DNA of 61,436 nucleotides, filler included, from Nemertoderma westbladi (GCA_032718475.1; 3 parts of 3 records of this genome joined end to end with filler, not necessarily neighbours in it), one strand, 5' to 3'. Positions 1-11,754 are shown, counted from the first letter of the whole stretch. The notes: generated by a model not told the origin, from the sequence alone. Numbers and translations: made by a program.

Positions 1-2
1 CG

Positions 3-1220
3 TTTGTTGATAGCTTAATACGCGGCGACGTTAGTCCAACTGCTGCGGAGGACGATGGTCGTTATATCGAACCGACAATGTCCCAAGTGCAGCTCTCGCG
101 AGAGTTGGACTATAGAAAATTCGCTGCTCGATATACGCAGCGTAATGGTACGTATATGGGCTTCTTAACTACTGGTCATTCTATCGATTTACACGATACG
201 GACTATGTTGAACATATCCTGCCCAGCGGAGTCGGAACCATAAACTGAAATTCGAATGCGAAAATTCTATTCGAAATCGACTCGAAAGAAAAGACACTAA
301 AGAAACAAATGGACGCGGTAACTCCAACGTATATTTGGAATTCTTGATAGAAGCATTGTAACAACAAATAAATATCACCCGCGTTTACCCTACCAGACGT
401 GCGTCTTTGGTATTATTACGATGAATGCCCTAGACCCAACTAATAAACGGAAAGACATAAACATCCACGGAAACCGAAACTTGTTGACGTATCACCTATG
501 CTCACTCGGCTCGAACGATCCTGGAGTAAACCTACGATCAGAGTCCCGGAATACTCGGTCAAACCTCCTCATTCCTTAGTTGGACCTCAGACCTGCGATC
601 CTGGTGGTGTCGCGGATCCTCGCGGACTGTATTCACTGTTCAAGATCTAGTGCTACCCTAACAATTAATCGGTAACACTCCGACAGTGATTTCTAGCTAG
701 CCGCCCATCTTACCTAGCCAGATTGTGACGCGGACACCTAATATCACTATCCAACCGTATGGTCGTCCCCGTTTAACGCGATATAACCCTTCATCAAGGT
801 GAAGGAGAGCGTTGTACGAAACGAGTTAAACGCTATTCTATAAAGATCAAAAAAGAACTTACGCTTGTTCAGATAAACATAAATTGCACTAGCAAGACCA
901 AGCGGTCAACAAAGTAACTATATCTCAGTTCGATCGGGAAATCCAGAATCTCTAAGAAGTTATCGAACTTGGACGATCCTATTCTCTGCGAGAGTTTTTG
1001 GATGAACGTATCCAGCTACGAGCGGAGGAAAATCAGCTCAAGGAGAAGCATATCGAAACAGCAGATACCTCGACCATAATCCTACACCTTCTGATGCAAT
1101 CATATTGCACCCTTCACCCAGGAGTTATGGCCCTCCTAGTAAAGTGGCTCCCCCCAAAGAGAAAAAGACTCTTGCTAGCCTCAAAAAACTGCGTAAACGC
1201 CGTCTGCGTAAGAAAGACTA
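3..1220 (+). pseudogene. Decayed coding-like sequence of unknown origin
   Basis: Frame 3 is open from 3 to 245 (FVDSLIRGDVSPT...EHILPSGVGTIN) and stays protein-like across scattered stops; another stop-interrupted frame leads into ORF 998-1273. No family recognised. Confidence 0.3.
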
Positions 1221-1296
1221 ACTGTTTAGAGTATCTTTATATTTTAGAAACTGTGATTTGTTATATTTTATAGACTTAAATCCCATTTTCTGGGAG

Positions 1297-2489
1297 CGGT
1301 GTAAAAGCTTTTGCGTAATTAGCCGGTTATTTTCCCGTAAAGTACTCTGTAGTTGGTTTACCAGGCGTAAAAAGGCCGTGTCCTTGCTGTACTGGTGTTT
1401 TAGAGGACATAAAAGCCATTTCTTCTGTATTTGTACTTTAGAGGACATAATCCGCGATTTCGTGACGCAAAAGGCTCGATACTCTTGAAAACAGTGTCGC
1501 TACCATGACGATGGCTAACAGCTGATATTGCCACGTCGACATTTCTTTGTTTCTTTGTTCTCTCTTAGTTCAGTCAGCCAATCAGAGCGTTTTTATGGCT
1601 CTTGTACAGAAATTTCCGAGAAATCACGTAATGCTTTATGTGCAGTGTTATCATTCAGTCCTGAGCCAAGGAAGAACGGCTTTGGAGTATTTTGTGCTTT
1701 TCTGCTTTAGCCTAACACTAGTAGGCTTAATTATAAGGACATATATCCGTTATCTGGGTAACTCAATGTTATCTGCACTGGTTAACACTGGTTAACTGGC
1801 CCATACTGTGCAACTTAACTTAACATTACTGCTTTGCTGTCGGTTATTCATTATATTTGTTGATGAATTATTATATTTGGAATAACGAGAAATAACCCCG
1901 AAACCCAATATTCTTGATATACCGAAGGTAAGAGAGAAAGGTTACATATAACGATTGCGACTTATGTTAAAGTGGTTTGAAGTGAATCTAATGTTATTTG
2001 ATAGACCCTACATGAGTCGGTCTGTGTTCCTTTTATATGTGACTAAAATCAGTGAAGATCGGCAGATTAGTGTGCAGTATTGTGCAGCATTGTGTATGAG
2101 TGAGACTGATAACGAAGCATTTCCTAAAGAATGCGCCATATATGTGAATTGTAACTAAGCCATATCGTTGTGAGTAGTTTAAGTCATAACTCTGTTTATA
2201 TAGATAGAGCGCCACGTCCTAAAGGAACTGTTAATATTCCCCGAAGGTGAATAATATTGTCAGAGATTATATAATACTGTCAGTCGAATAATACATTAGG
2301 CTTACATAGCAATACGATTAAGCCGTCGAAGTCAATCTCCCGGGTATATCCAACGGGTGAATGATCGCGCACAGATTGGTTTCAACTAGTGTAGTGAATC
2401 AAATACTTGTTAGAGGCTAAAGCGATTTATTATCTAGAAGACATCCTAATTTGGCGGGTTAAACTGCCAAAGGTCTGAAAGCGCGAACA
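1297..2489 (+). mobile_element. Diverged, 5'-truncated BEL/Pao LTR (family A)
   Basis: Colinear similarity to 7765-8890 (CAGCCAATCAGAGCG; GCCACGTCCTAAAGGAACTGTTAATAT) and the same terminus AAGGTCTGAAAGCGCGAACA. Confidence 0.75.
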
Positions 2490-2802
2490 CATCGACTAGG
2501 TACTGTAACAAGGCCAAACCGTGCAATATATATTACCGGTCGATGCAATCAGTTATTCAGTTTACTCAGTCAGTTCAGTAGGGTGGAACGGTGACTTCTA
2601 TCAACGTCCGCTACCGCCATCACGTGTAATACTTATCTACCGGTAACCGTGTCATCCATTCAACTGTGCTATATCAACTATATTATACCTTTATACATAT
2701 TACCGAACATCAGAACTCTTAACGAACCTTTTCATATACACGGCGGGGACGCGTAGATAGAAAACCCAAACGGATAAACCGGGATCCGTAGATCCCGTCA
2801 CA
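2490..2802 (+). mobile_element. 3' part of a 5' LTR, family B (copy 1)
   Basis: TATA-like ATATATA ~2526, TCAGT initiator-like repeats 2549-2579, terminal hairpin GGGATC-CGTA-GATCCC then GTCACA; same end as 16174, 17683, 23183 and 42294. Confidence 0.75.
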
Positions 2803-2936
2803 GTGATAGAAATCCAGCTGCCCGAGACTGCGACTGCCAACCATAGTGATAGAATCCGAACTGCTGCCCTAAGTGATAGAACTAGATCCAACCAACTGCC
2901 CTGACAGACTGTGGCTGCCAGCCACCAAAGACGAAG

Positions 2937-3800
2937 ATGAGTAGAGAAGGAAGGACGACACCGCCGCGGACCCCGGACGGCGATCTAACGATCCGCGAGG
3001 CCGCGACGAGACGGCACCAACCCACGACGCCGGACACGTCGACAACGAGCGACCCGGCGATCCAAGATGAGGGGGGCCGTCTACAGCGAGAGGACGAGTC
3101 GGGAGAGGAGAGAGACGAGTCGACACAGGGCGGCGGTCGATATGCCGATGTCGCCGGCCAGCCACAGGCCGAGGGCGGCGAACGGCCCACCGGAACGGCA
3201 ACGGTGGAGCCGACGGTACGACGCCGGACCCGGAGGGAGAGAGGAGATGTCGGCGACGAGGACGTCGGGGTTGTCCGGGTCCGACGAGCCTACGCCGCGA
3301 CCCGGGAACAACTGAAAGAAGCTAGAGGAGGGGCTGAGATAGACCAGGTGAAGTTGAGGAGACGACTAGGTGAGTCGAACAGATACTTTGATTACCTAGT
3401 GCGTTCTGGGCAGGGAGAACTAGCCGAGGAGAGAGCGAGAAGGGTTGCCTTCGAACTGTTTGGGCTATGGGAACGTAGGGGTATGGGGCCTGGTGTAGTG
3501 TACATAGGGCCATACTTAGTCGATGCCAGGGAAGATAAGTTAGTGGGTTGGGCGGGACCGCACGAGGGCGAATCCGAGGTTAGCTCCGAGGATTCGGTCT
3601 CGTCGGTCAGCGAGAACCCCGGAGGGCGGGGGAAAGTTAGTAGGACGGAGGGGCGGCGGGAGTCCGTCGCAACCGATAAGTCTGCTACATCCTCCGCAAA
3701 AGAAAGATGGGTGCGGGACATGGATCTGGCATATAAATTAGGAGTGAAAGAATTAGAGTGGATAATGAGAGGAGGAGACTGGAGGCCAAACAGCAGCTAG
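2937..3800 (+). CDS. Gag-position ORF of family B LTR element (charged, low complexity)
   Basis: Starts 135 nt after the LTR; clear paralogue on the minus strand at 15352-16105 (TTPPRTPD..TIREAATRR; PGVVYIGPYLVDAR; RRESVATDKSATS). Confidence 0.6.
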   Translation: MSREGRTTPPRTPDGDLTIREAATRRHQPTTPDTSTTSDPAIQDEGGRLQREDESGEERDESTQGGGRYADVAGQPQAEGGERPTGTATVEPTVRRRTRRERGDVGDEDVGVVRVRRAYAATREQLKEARGGAEIDQVKLRRRLGESNRYFDYLVRSGQGELAEERARRVAFELFGLWERRGMGPGVVYIGPYLVDAREDKLVGWAGPHEGESEVSSEDSVSSVSENPGGRGKVSRTEGRRESVATDKSATSSAKERWVRDMDLAYKLGVKELEWIMRGGDWRPNSS

Positions 3801-3828
3801 AAGCACTACAGAAGAGGAGAAGAAGAGA

Positions 3829-4947
3829 AAAGTACTACTCGGGGTAGTACCAGTGAAGATATCAGGAGAGGGCTGTCGATCAGTAACGACATTAATGCTG
3901 GTCGACAGCGGAGCAGCCTTCACGCTGGTGGAGAACTGGGTGGCCGAAGAGATAGGGCTAAAGACAAGGCCAAACAGAATGGCGGTAACTACCGTCTCGA
4001 GTAAAGATGAGGTCCTGGAGACGAGGACGGGGCGGTGCAGGATAGCAGCGATTGCACCGGGATGCGACTATGGGGTGACGATCGACCCCATCCACATCAT
4101 AGAATCGATAAATATCAACGCCAGGCGACCAAACAACATTGAGGTCGAGCAGTATAGATTCCTGGACGGTATCGATTTCTCAATACCAAAGGTGGACGTT
4201 AGGAAGGTATCCATTATAGTAGGAATAGACTGCCCGACAGCCCATGAGAGAACACAGACGGTCTTTGGCGAAGACAGGCAGCAGGATCCGACGGCGATCC
4301 TCACGCCGTTCGGATGGACGCTTAGCGGCCCAGTTAAAACTAAGATCCCATGCAGTGTGACAGAGACATCTGGGTGCATGATACCAGGCACCGAAGACGC
4401 AGAGGAAGTAGAGGAGAAACAAGAGATAGTAGAGCCAGATAGGGAGGTGACGGTAAGAAAGTGGGCAGAGGAGAGCAGGTTTCCCAGCAAGCATCGGTAT
4501 GGAGATGGAGTGGAGCGGACGGCGAGGTGTCCGGAGGACAACACTCCGGGAGAGTGCCCGGAGGAGTGTCTAAAGGAGTGTCTAGAGGAGTGTCTAGAGG
4601 AGTGTCCGGAAGAGACGCCGGTCCGGTTTGGAGGCATACCGACAAGGGGGAAGTCGAGAAGGAAGGCAGGACAGAAAGGGATAGGACTACTATTGTACCT
4701 ACTGTTCTGCCTGTTCCTTCACTTCCTATTCATTCTGCCGGCGGGAGACAACAAGGAGAGAAGTTGCATTTTGATGCCAGGAGATGAGCTAGTTAAGAAG
4801 GCGGCGGAGAGACCCGATTTCAGGGTGGCAGAGGAGGGAGAACCAATTCCTGGTGAGATGGAATTGGGGAAGAGAGTGCGGCGAATCCTACAGGACCTAC
4901 AAGAGCAGCAGTGGGAGAGTGCCTGTTGGAAGAATCGCCCTAGTTAG
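3829..4947 (+). CDS. BEL/Pao-type aspartic protease fused to a diverged DUF5641-like tail; no RT, RNase H or integrase core
   Basis: KVLLGVVPVKI...LVDSGAAFTLV catalytic motif, plus IIVGIDCP and AILTPFGWTLSGP typical of BEL/Pao protease regions. C-terminal ILMPGDELV...LGKRVRRILQDLQEQQW loosely resembles the Pao post-integrase region. Confidence 0.7.
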   Translation, partial: KVLLGVVPVKISGEGCRSVTTLMLVDSGAAFTLVENWVAEEIGLKTRPNRMAVTTVSSKDEVLETRTGRCRIAAIAPGCDYGVTIDPIHIIESININARRPNNIEVEQYRFLDGIDFSIPKVDVRKVSIIVGIDCPTAHERTQTVFGEDRQQDPTAILTPFGWTLSGPVKTKIPCSVTETSGCMIPGTEDAEEVEEKQEIVEPDREVTVRKWAEESRFPSKHRYGDGVERTARCPEDNTPGECPEECLKECLEECLEECPEETPVRFGGIPTRGKSRRKAGQKGIGLLLYLLFCLFLHFLFILPAGDNKERSCILMPGDELVKKAAERPDFRVAEEGEPIPGEMELGKRVRRILQDLQEQQWESACWKNRPS

Positions 4948-5099
4948 GAGGTTTAGTCGTCCAATATTTTGGACTGAGGGGGGTGGGAATGAGGGCGAGA
5001 CGCCCTTCCCACACAAAATTAATTATTTAATTTAAATAAATATTAATAAATAATTAAATAATTAAAATAATAGTTAGTAGAAGTAAGAAGTAGTAAGTA

Positions 5100-5755
5100 G
5101 AGAGGTTAGAAGGCGGCGGAGTATAGGGAGTGTGGTATAAACATACCACGGGAGTAATGGGTACGTAGTACCGGGAGTTAAGTTAGAAGGCGGCGGGGTA
5201 AGGGAGTGTGGCATATTGTCATGCCACGAGTAGTAGTAGGGGGGTCGTGGGCACCGGAAGCGTCACGTAGAAAGTAGCAGTGGTAGAGAGGTTGTGGGCA
5301 CCGGAAGCGCCACGTAGAAAGTAGCAGTGGTAGAGAGGTTGTGGGCACCGGAAGCGCCACGTAGAAAGTAGTAGGAGAGAGTGGTTGTGGGTACCGCAAG
5401 CGCCACGTAGAAAGTAGTAGCAGAGAGGTTGTGGGCACCGGAAGCACCATGTAGTTAGAGGTAGTAGAGAGGGCACATAGGGTGCCAGGTAGTAGAGTAG
5501 TAGAGAGGGCACATAGGGTGCCAGATAGTAGAGTGGTTGTGGGCACCGTAAGCGCCACGTAGAAGAAATAAGTAAGTTAGAAGGCGGCGGGGTAAGGGAG
5601 TGTGGCATATTGTCATGCCACGAGTAGTAGTAGGGAGGTTGTGGGCACCGTAAGCGCCACGTAGACGGAAGTAGTAGTAGAGTGGTTGTGGGCACCGCAA
5701 GCGCCACGTAGACGGAAGTTAGTAGTAAGCAGAGTGGTTGTGGGCACCGCAAGCA
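5100..5755. repeat. ~47-bp minisatellite with a higher-order duplication
   Basis: Unit GTTGTGGGCACCGGAAGCGCCACGTAGAAAGTAGCAGTGGTAGAGAG (5291 to 5338); block ~5178-5242 recurs at ~5572-5635. Confidence 0.9.
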
Positions 5756-6615
5756 CTTCCCACGGTGGATTGGTCTTCATCCATTGACTGAAGTGCTTCA
5801 AAGCGGTTTTGAACTTCTACCGTATAAGCATCCTTTACAGCATTGTCAGTTCTGAGTTTCTCCCAGTCATAGTTGATTTGCTTGCTTGTCCTGGGTTTGC
5901 TGGCTCTCAAACTGAGTCTGATCTCTGCAGTCACAATTCTGTGGTCCTAACCAATTAGGTTGAACGAGCTGTATGCCTCGCAGTTGATCATGCTATTTCT
6001 CCACTTTTTGTTTATAAGGATGTAATCCAGTTGTGCTTTGGTTCCATTAGGGTATTGAAAGGTCCATAGCTTCCCCTTACTCTTTTCGAATGTGTTGTTT
6101 GTTGGTATCAATTCACATTCTTCCATTAGGTCTAAGAGTAAGTACCCATTTCTGTTAGAACTGGTGTTATAGGTATAACCCTTGATGTCTTCTGGGCCAA
6201 TTTGCGCATTCAGGTCACCAGCAATGACTTTAACATTGTGTTTGGGGATGTCCTTAATAAGTCCAGTCAGTTCTTCATAAAACTTGACTGCTTGTTCTGG
6301 CTCTGATGCATTGGTTGGACTGTAGCAACATATAACTGTTGTCTTGGGATTCCCATCAAATGTTGCAATCATAACCCTGGAATTTATAGATTCGATGTTG
6401 TTTAGGGTCTTAAGTGCAAATGGGCTTAGCAGAATTCCTACTCCACCAATTGATGCATTGGCCGAGTTTCTTACTGCTGAGCTTGTTACTAACGTCCATC
6501 CATTTCCAATGTCATTGTACTTCATGGCAGTGTCTTCATGACAAATCCGATGTTCTTGGATGCAGATGATGTCGAAGTTATATTCCATTGCCAGAGCGAC
6601 CATGTCACCCTGTTC
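5752..6615 (-). mobile_element. RTE-clade LINE fragment, APE endonuclease domain
   Basis: DIICIQEHR, GGVGILLS, CYSPT, IAGDLNA, WTF..PNG.KAQLDYILIN..KW; a stop falls just before the expected DH motif at ~5947. Confidence 0.85.
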
Positions 6616-8890
6616 CAAAATAACAGACGATAGTAAAGTGGATTATCTGTGTGCGAACCATTTGTTACTTGGCAGGGCAACAGTAGTATCGGCAGTAGGA
6701 CCAACTGAGTTTGAAAAGAATGTTGGGAAACGATACAAGTATATACAAACAAAAATCCAGCAGTGGTGGGAAGAGTGGGAACGAATTACATACCCCACAC
6801 TGTTTATACGAAAGAAGTGGCATGTGACTTACAGAAACCTACAGGTTGGAGATGTTGTTTTAGCTCAACCGAAGGAGTGTACATTAAAGGGTGATTATCG
6901 TATTGCCATTGTGCTATTTGTCTATCCAGATAGCAAGGACATTGTCCGGCGCGTAGATATTGGTTACAAGAACTTTGCTAAGGAACCTGTATATCGTTAT
7001 AAGGGTCGTGCATATACAAAGGTGAATCGTGATGTTCGATTTCTTGTATTATTGCTTCCAGCTGGGCAGACTGAAACTGAAAATAAACTAGATGAAAGTA
7101 AGAGTAAACTTTGATTGGAAATTATTGAAAAAAGAATTCTGAATAGGTTAAAATCTATTTCAAGTTTAAAAGCATAGACTCGGGTGGGAGGTGTTTCGCT
7201 CAGTATTAGGCCATAGCTCAATTTGCGGTCTGCATTCAGCAGTCTGTATATAGAATGGCATGAAGAATGAGCCTATTGCTTTTAATTCTAATTTATTGGA
7301 CTGAAACAGAAATAGGTTAATTACGACTGGCAGACTGGTGATGGGTGCGATATTATGTTACTACCACCAAAATAGAGCAGGTTGCATTACTACAACTGCA
7401 CATCTACTATCTGACTGATGTAGGCTAAGGCAGTAGGCCTAGGGCCATTATGTAACCACTGTACCGTTACCGGCTTACTGCAGTAACTTTACTGCAGTAC
7501 CATAACCGCCATACAAGTACCGCAATAATACATGTTAGAGTATTATTAGTTGTATTATTGATCTTAACCCGTCATTCTAACAATACTGTACTAAAATGAA
7601 ATAACGTACCGTTGTATGGGATGGTAAAATATTTTGTATTAAGGGTACCTGATTAATGTTTTGTATACAAAAGTAATAATACCGGTACCAATCCAGTTTC
7701 TCTATATATACCTGTATTCAGCTGTCTTAATATATTTTGTATTAAGAGTACCTGATTAATGTTTGGTGTAAAAGCTTTTGCAGACATAATGAGTCATTTT
7801 TACCCCCAATGTACCGTGTAGGTGCTTTTAGCGGACATAACAAGTCCTTTTGCCGCAATTCGCTTAATACTCTAAAAGATTGGAGCTCAGATGACGAAAT
7901 CTGTCAGCTGATTTACTGTCAACGTGGAACCTTTCTTTGTTCTGCCTAGCTCAGCCAGCCAATCAGAGCGATTTTCATATTACTTCTACAGAGGCCTACG
8001 GAAAACCGCGCAATGCATGTCAGTCTTTGTTTACCTTTTTTCCGAGCAGCAGAACACCGGCTTGGAATTCTTCTGTACTTCTGTAGAAGTTTCAGACTTT
8101 GGTCAACATTAGATGGCTTTGATTACAAGAACGTAAATCTATTATCTGGGAACATCGCTGACACCTGGAGCACTGCAGTACTGCACAACACTGCATAAGT
8201 AACACATCCTGACTGTTCACCGCATTATTTACTGTCTGTTATTAATTGTTGTATATGGAGAGACATGTTGTTATATTTGGAGAATAACGATAAATAATCA
8301 TAAACCCCAATTTTCTTGATTACTGAAGGTAAGAGGGACCGGTTACCTGTAGCAATTGCGACTTACATTATAGTAGTTTTTATGTGAATTAAATGCTATT
8401 TCATAATCCCTACATGTGTCAGTTGCTATCCTCCTTATATATGATCAAATTCAGTGACGGTCGGCAGATCAGTGTGAAGTCGTGTGAAGTAGTAAAGATA
8501 ATAAAGATAATAAAGCATCTCCTAAAGAATGCGCTATTTACAAAACTCAGTAGCCATCCCGTTGTGTTTAGTGTAAGTCATAACTCTGTTTTATATACTT
8601 AAAGTGCCACGTCCTAAAGGAACTGTTAATATTTCCCCGAAAGTAAATATATTGTCAGAGATTATATAGTAACGATCAATTGAATAATACATATAGGTCT
8701 GCAACGCAATAACTTCAAAGCACCCGAATCCAGTCTCCCTTAACAGTGGGTGAATGATCGCGCATAGACTGGCTTTGGCTAATGTTACTTCATGTGCACT
8801 AAATAATTGTTATAGGCTAAAGTCGATTTATAAACAAGAGGACACCTAAAATTGGCAGGTTAAACTGCTAAAGGTCTGAAAGCGCGAACA
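6616..8890 (+). mobile_element. BEL/Pao 3' end: DUF5641-like C-terminus, PPT and 1.7-kb 3' LTR (family A)
   Basis: ORF to 7114 has YLCANHLLLGRA, WWEEWERITYPTL..RKKW, NLQVGDVVL and VYPDSKDIVRRV. PPT GGGTGGGAGG 7182-7191; LTR 7192-8890 bounded by TGTTTCGC...GCGAACA. Confidence 0.85.
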
Positions 8891-9940
8891 ATAATAGATT
8901 TACTTCTTTATTGCACAGTAGGCAATAAAGTCATATGTACCGGTCGGACGGTGAACTGTAGGCCTAACTGCCCAAACTACCCGAACCAGTACTTACAGGT
9001 ACAACAGTATTATTCGATTTTGATAATTATATACCAGCAGTAATAGTTTACCCTACTTCGGCAACGGTTAGACCTACTTCGCACCTTGGGTGTTAAGTAG
9101 GTCATTAATTAATTAAACAATTAATTAATTGGTCGATTAAACAATTAATTAATTGTTTAATCAATCGATTTGTATCAAATAATGTTGCCAAAGGCAATTT
9201 AATTTGACACAAATCAATCAGATAGGGACGCGAGATGAATAGATTGTACTACAGTAGATGAAATATACAATACAATAGGAACAATAATACAATATACAGT
9301 ACATTTATATTATTTTTGTCGTACAATAGAAGGTAAACGTAGAATGAAATATAAAGATGAGAACGGGGCCCAAAACATAAATTAGCCTCACATGAAAATA
9401 AAGTGGGCCAGTTTGGTCCTAGCTCAATCCCTCAATAATCTGTGGCTGTTTGGGCTCTTATTAGACATAGCATGACTAATCCCATTGAATCCTATGTTGA
9501 GTTATACTGTATACCAACATGGGCCTGTCACAAATTTTAAATTATTTAAACCTCCAGCGTCGTTATCATGTAAACCATTGTCAATTCGCCTGAGAAAATT
9601 ATAATAAACATCTGGTTTGCAATAGATTGCATTCTTTCACATTGTGTTGTGAAGCAGCCTGCGCGTCTGACCGCACATTCCAAGAATTAGCTCAGTAGAT
9701 ACTGTAGTTTTTGTTTGAAGTAATGCATAACCCCTCATGCTTGCCATACCACACCTAAAATATTTGTTCAGATACTATTGTGTAACATTAATTAGCATAC
9801 CCAATCTGGCGCAGCAGCCCATTCATTACATGACATTTGTTTGTTTGAGTTCCTTTCATAATAGTATTAGGACTATTTATCCATAACAATTATATTAGTA
9901 TTAGGAGTATTTATCCTTAAATTAAATTAAAACTTAAATT

Positions 9941-10343
9941 AAAATTATTAAACATTTGAAGGAGAATGAAGAAAATAAAGAGGTGACATTGACCCAAGTT
10001 CTAGGAAGTAAAATTAAATTACAGAAATTTATTAAACATTTAGAAGAGAATGATGAAAATAAAGAAGAGATATTGAGACAAAATATTAGTAAACAAAAAT
10101 CAAATGCGGAAATTTATTAAACAAATGGAAGAAAATGAGGAAAATAGAGAAGAGATATTAAGACAGGTTCTGGGAAATAAAAGTAAATTACTGAAAATTA
10201 ATGAACAATTGAATAAAATTAAGAAACAGTTGGTTAATGAGGAAGATGAAAGTAAAGAAAATCAACCAGCTTTTACTTATTTTCGAAGACCTATGATAAA
10301 AAACTCTCGTACAGTATATGCCCGCGCAGGAGGACGCTATTGA
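9941..10343 (+). pseudogene. Frameshifted coiled-coil repeat protein (three ~27-aa units)
   Basis: KIIKHLKENEENKEVTLTQVLGSKIKLQ / KFIKHLEENDENKEEILRQ.. / KFIKQMEENEENREEILRQVLGNKSKLL; frameshift near 10090. Confidence 0.55.
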
Positions 10344-10813
10344 TATTTGTTTGTTTGAGTTCCTTTCATAATAGTATTGGGAATATTTATCCATAACAAT
10401 TATATTAGTATTAGGAGTATTTATCCTTAATTATTATATTAGTATTATAAATGCATTTGCCAACAATATTTATTACTATTAGGTCTATTTATTCAAGAAA
10501 TTATATGTTTTTTATAATATATTTTGGAAAATTAGTCGACTAAGTCATAATTTTTAAAACTTTAAATAAGGGTGGAGTTATTTTATAAAGTTAAGAAGAG
10601 TGAATCAATGGAGGCAACCTGAAGTCTAATCTCTTGCCCTTTACTCATAAGACCGCACATTAACTCCCAAGGTTGCATACTATCACTATAGCTGGGAGAG
10701 TCAAAGCTAGTGTACACTAGATTCAGCCTAGAGCTAGGAAAAAGAATAATGCTCTTCTAGGGTTCGAACCTATTGCTGACCGAGGCCTATTGCTGACCGA
10801 ACGAAAACTGTCC

Positions 10814-10886
10814 TGGTTCATGCAGGATCGAACCCATGACATGCGGGAGATGTGAATTCAACGCAACCACTACACCAAGGTGAAAC
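10814..10886 (-). mobile_element. tRNA-derived SINE head or tRNA pseudogene
   Basis: Minus strand has A box TGGTGTAGTGG (10877-10867) and B box GGTTCGATCC (10834-10825) at tRNA spacing; cloverleaf stems are degenerate. Confidence 0.6.
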
Positions 10887-10946
10887 AGTAACCTTCGAAT
10901 TTGTTTGTTGACGTTCGGATTTGTAAGACTTTCATTTAAGACTTGA

Positions 10947-11139
10947 CACAGACTATGCCTCAGTGAGGCATAGTCTATGCCTCAGTGAGGCATAGTCTAT
11001 GCCTCAGTGAGGCATAGTCTGTGCCTCAGTGCCTCAGCGAGGCATAGTCTATGCCTCAGTGCCTCAGTGAGGCATAGTCTATGCCTCACTGAGGCATAGT
11101 CTATGCCTCAGTGCTTCAGTGAGGCATAGTCTGTGCCTC
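10947..11139. repeat. Palindromic 22-bp tandem array
   Basis: Unit TATGCCTCAGTGAGGCATAGTC; GACTATGCCTCA-G-TGAGGCATAGTC is a perfect hairpin. Confidence 0.9.
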
Positions 11140-11594
11140 TACTACTAGGATCGGCATGCTGCATTGCAGCTGCATTTTTAAGAATGCTGTGCCGGCTTGT
11201 CAACAAAATTGCACCGCCACAACTCCCTATCACTCATGACATTTGCTAGATCATCCGCATCTTTAAGGCCAGTGTCCTTTAAGATGCGTCTCAAGAAAGT
11301 CATGGGCTGTCCACCATGCTTATTCACTCCATGAGGCTGCCAAAGTACAAGATTATGCACTGGCTGGTCCTCACGGCGAAAGCAATGTCCTGCAAAGCGG
11401 AGGCGATTTTGTTCTAGTGTCAAGCTTGGGGGAACCAATGAGACACCTCCAATGTTATATAGTGTCTGGTTGGAGATGTGTGCATTGTACTTGACACAAT
11501 GAACCCGGCGTAGCATTCTTGTGAATGTGCCATCCAGAGATTTGGTGTCCTCAGCAGTTAGAGCCCAGCATGGACTCCCGTGGAGGAGTACTGG
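11139..11594 (-). mobile_element. 5'-truncated RTE LINE (3' end)
   Basis: Near-identical to 49428-49883 including the 3' UTR and (TAG)n tail; RLRFAGHCFRR motif. Confidence 0.9.
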
Positions 11595-11754
11595 GCGTCC
11601 TTATCCCAGAACGAAGGGGGTCCTAGTTACAGGACCAGATTTGTTCTAGTAAGAGGGTCTATGCAGCTACAGGTGGCACCTCCTTTATGCTGCATGGAGG
11701 TGGCAAGTATTCTTGATCAATGACCTAGGATACCTGACCTGACCATGTGACTGA

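Noticed and set aside
5100-5755. CRISPR-like repeat/spacer pattern and STWR.RCPQP repeat ORFs
   Set aside because: The apparent spacers are variants of each other, so this is a minisatellite and the ORFs are by-products.
10814-10886. Functional tRNA gene
   Set aside because: A and B boxes are present but the acceptor and anticodon stems do not pair convincingly.
10947-11139. CRISPR-like array of palindromic repeats
   Set aside because: No unique spacers, no cas genes, eukaryotic TE context.
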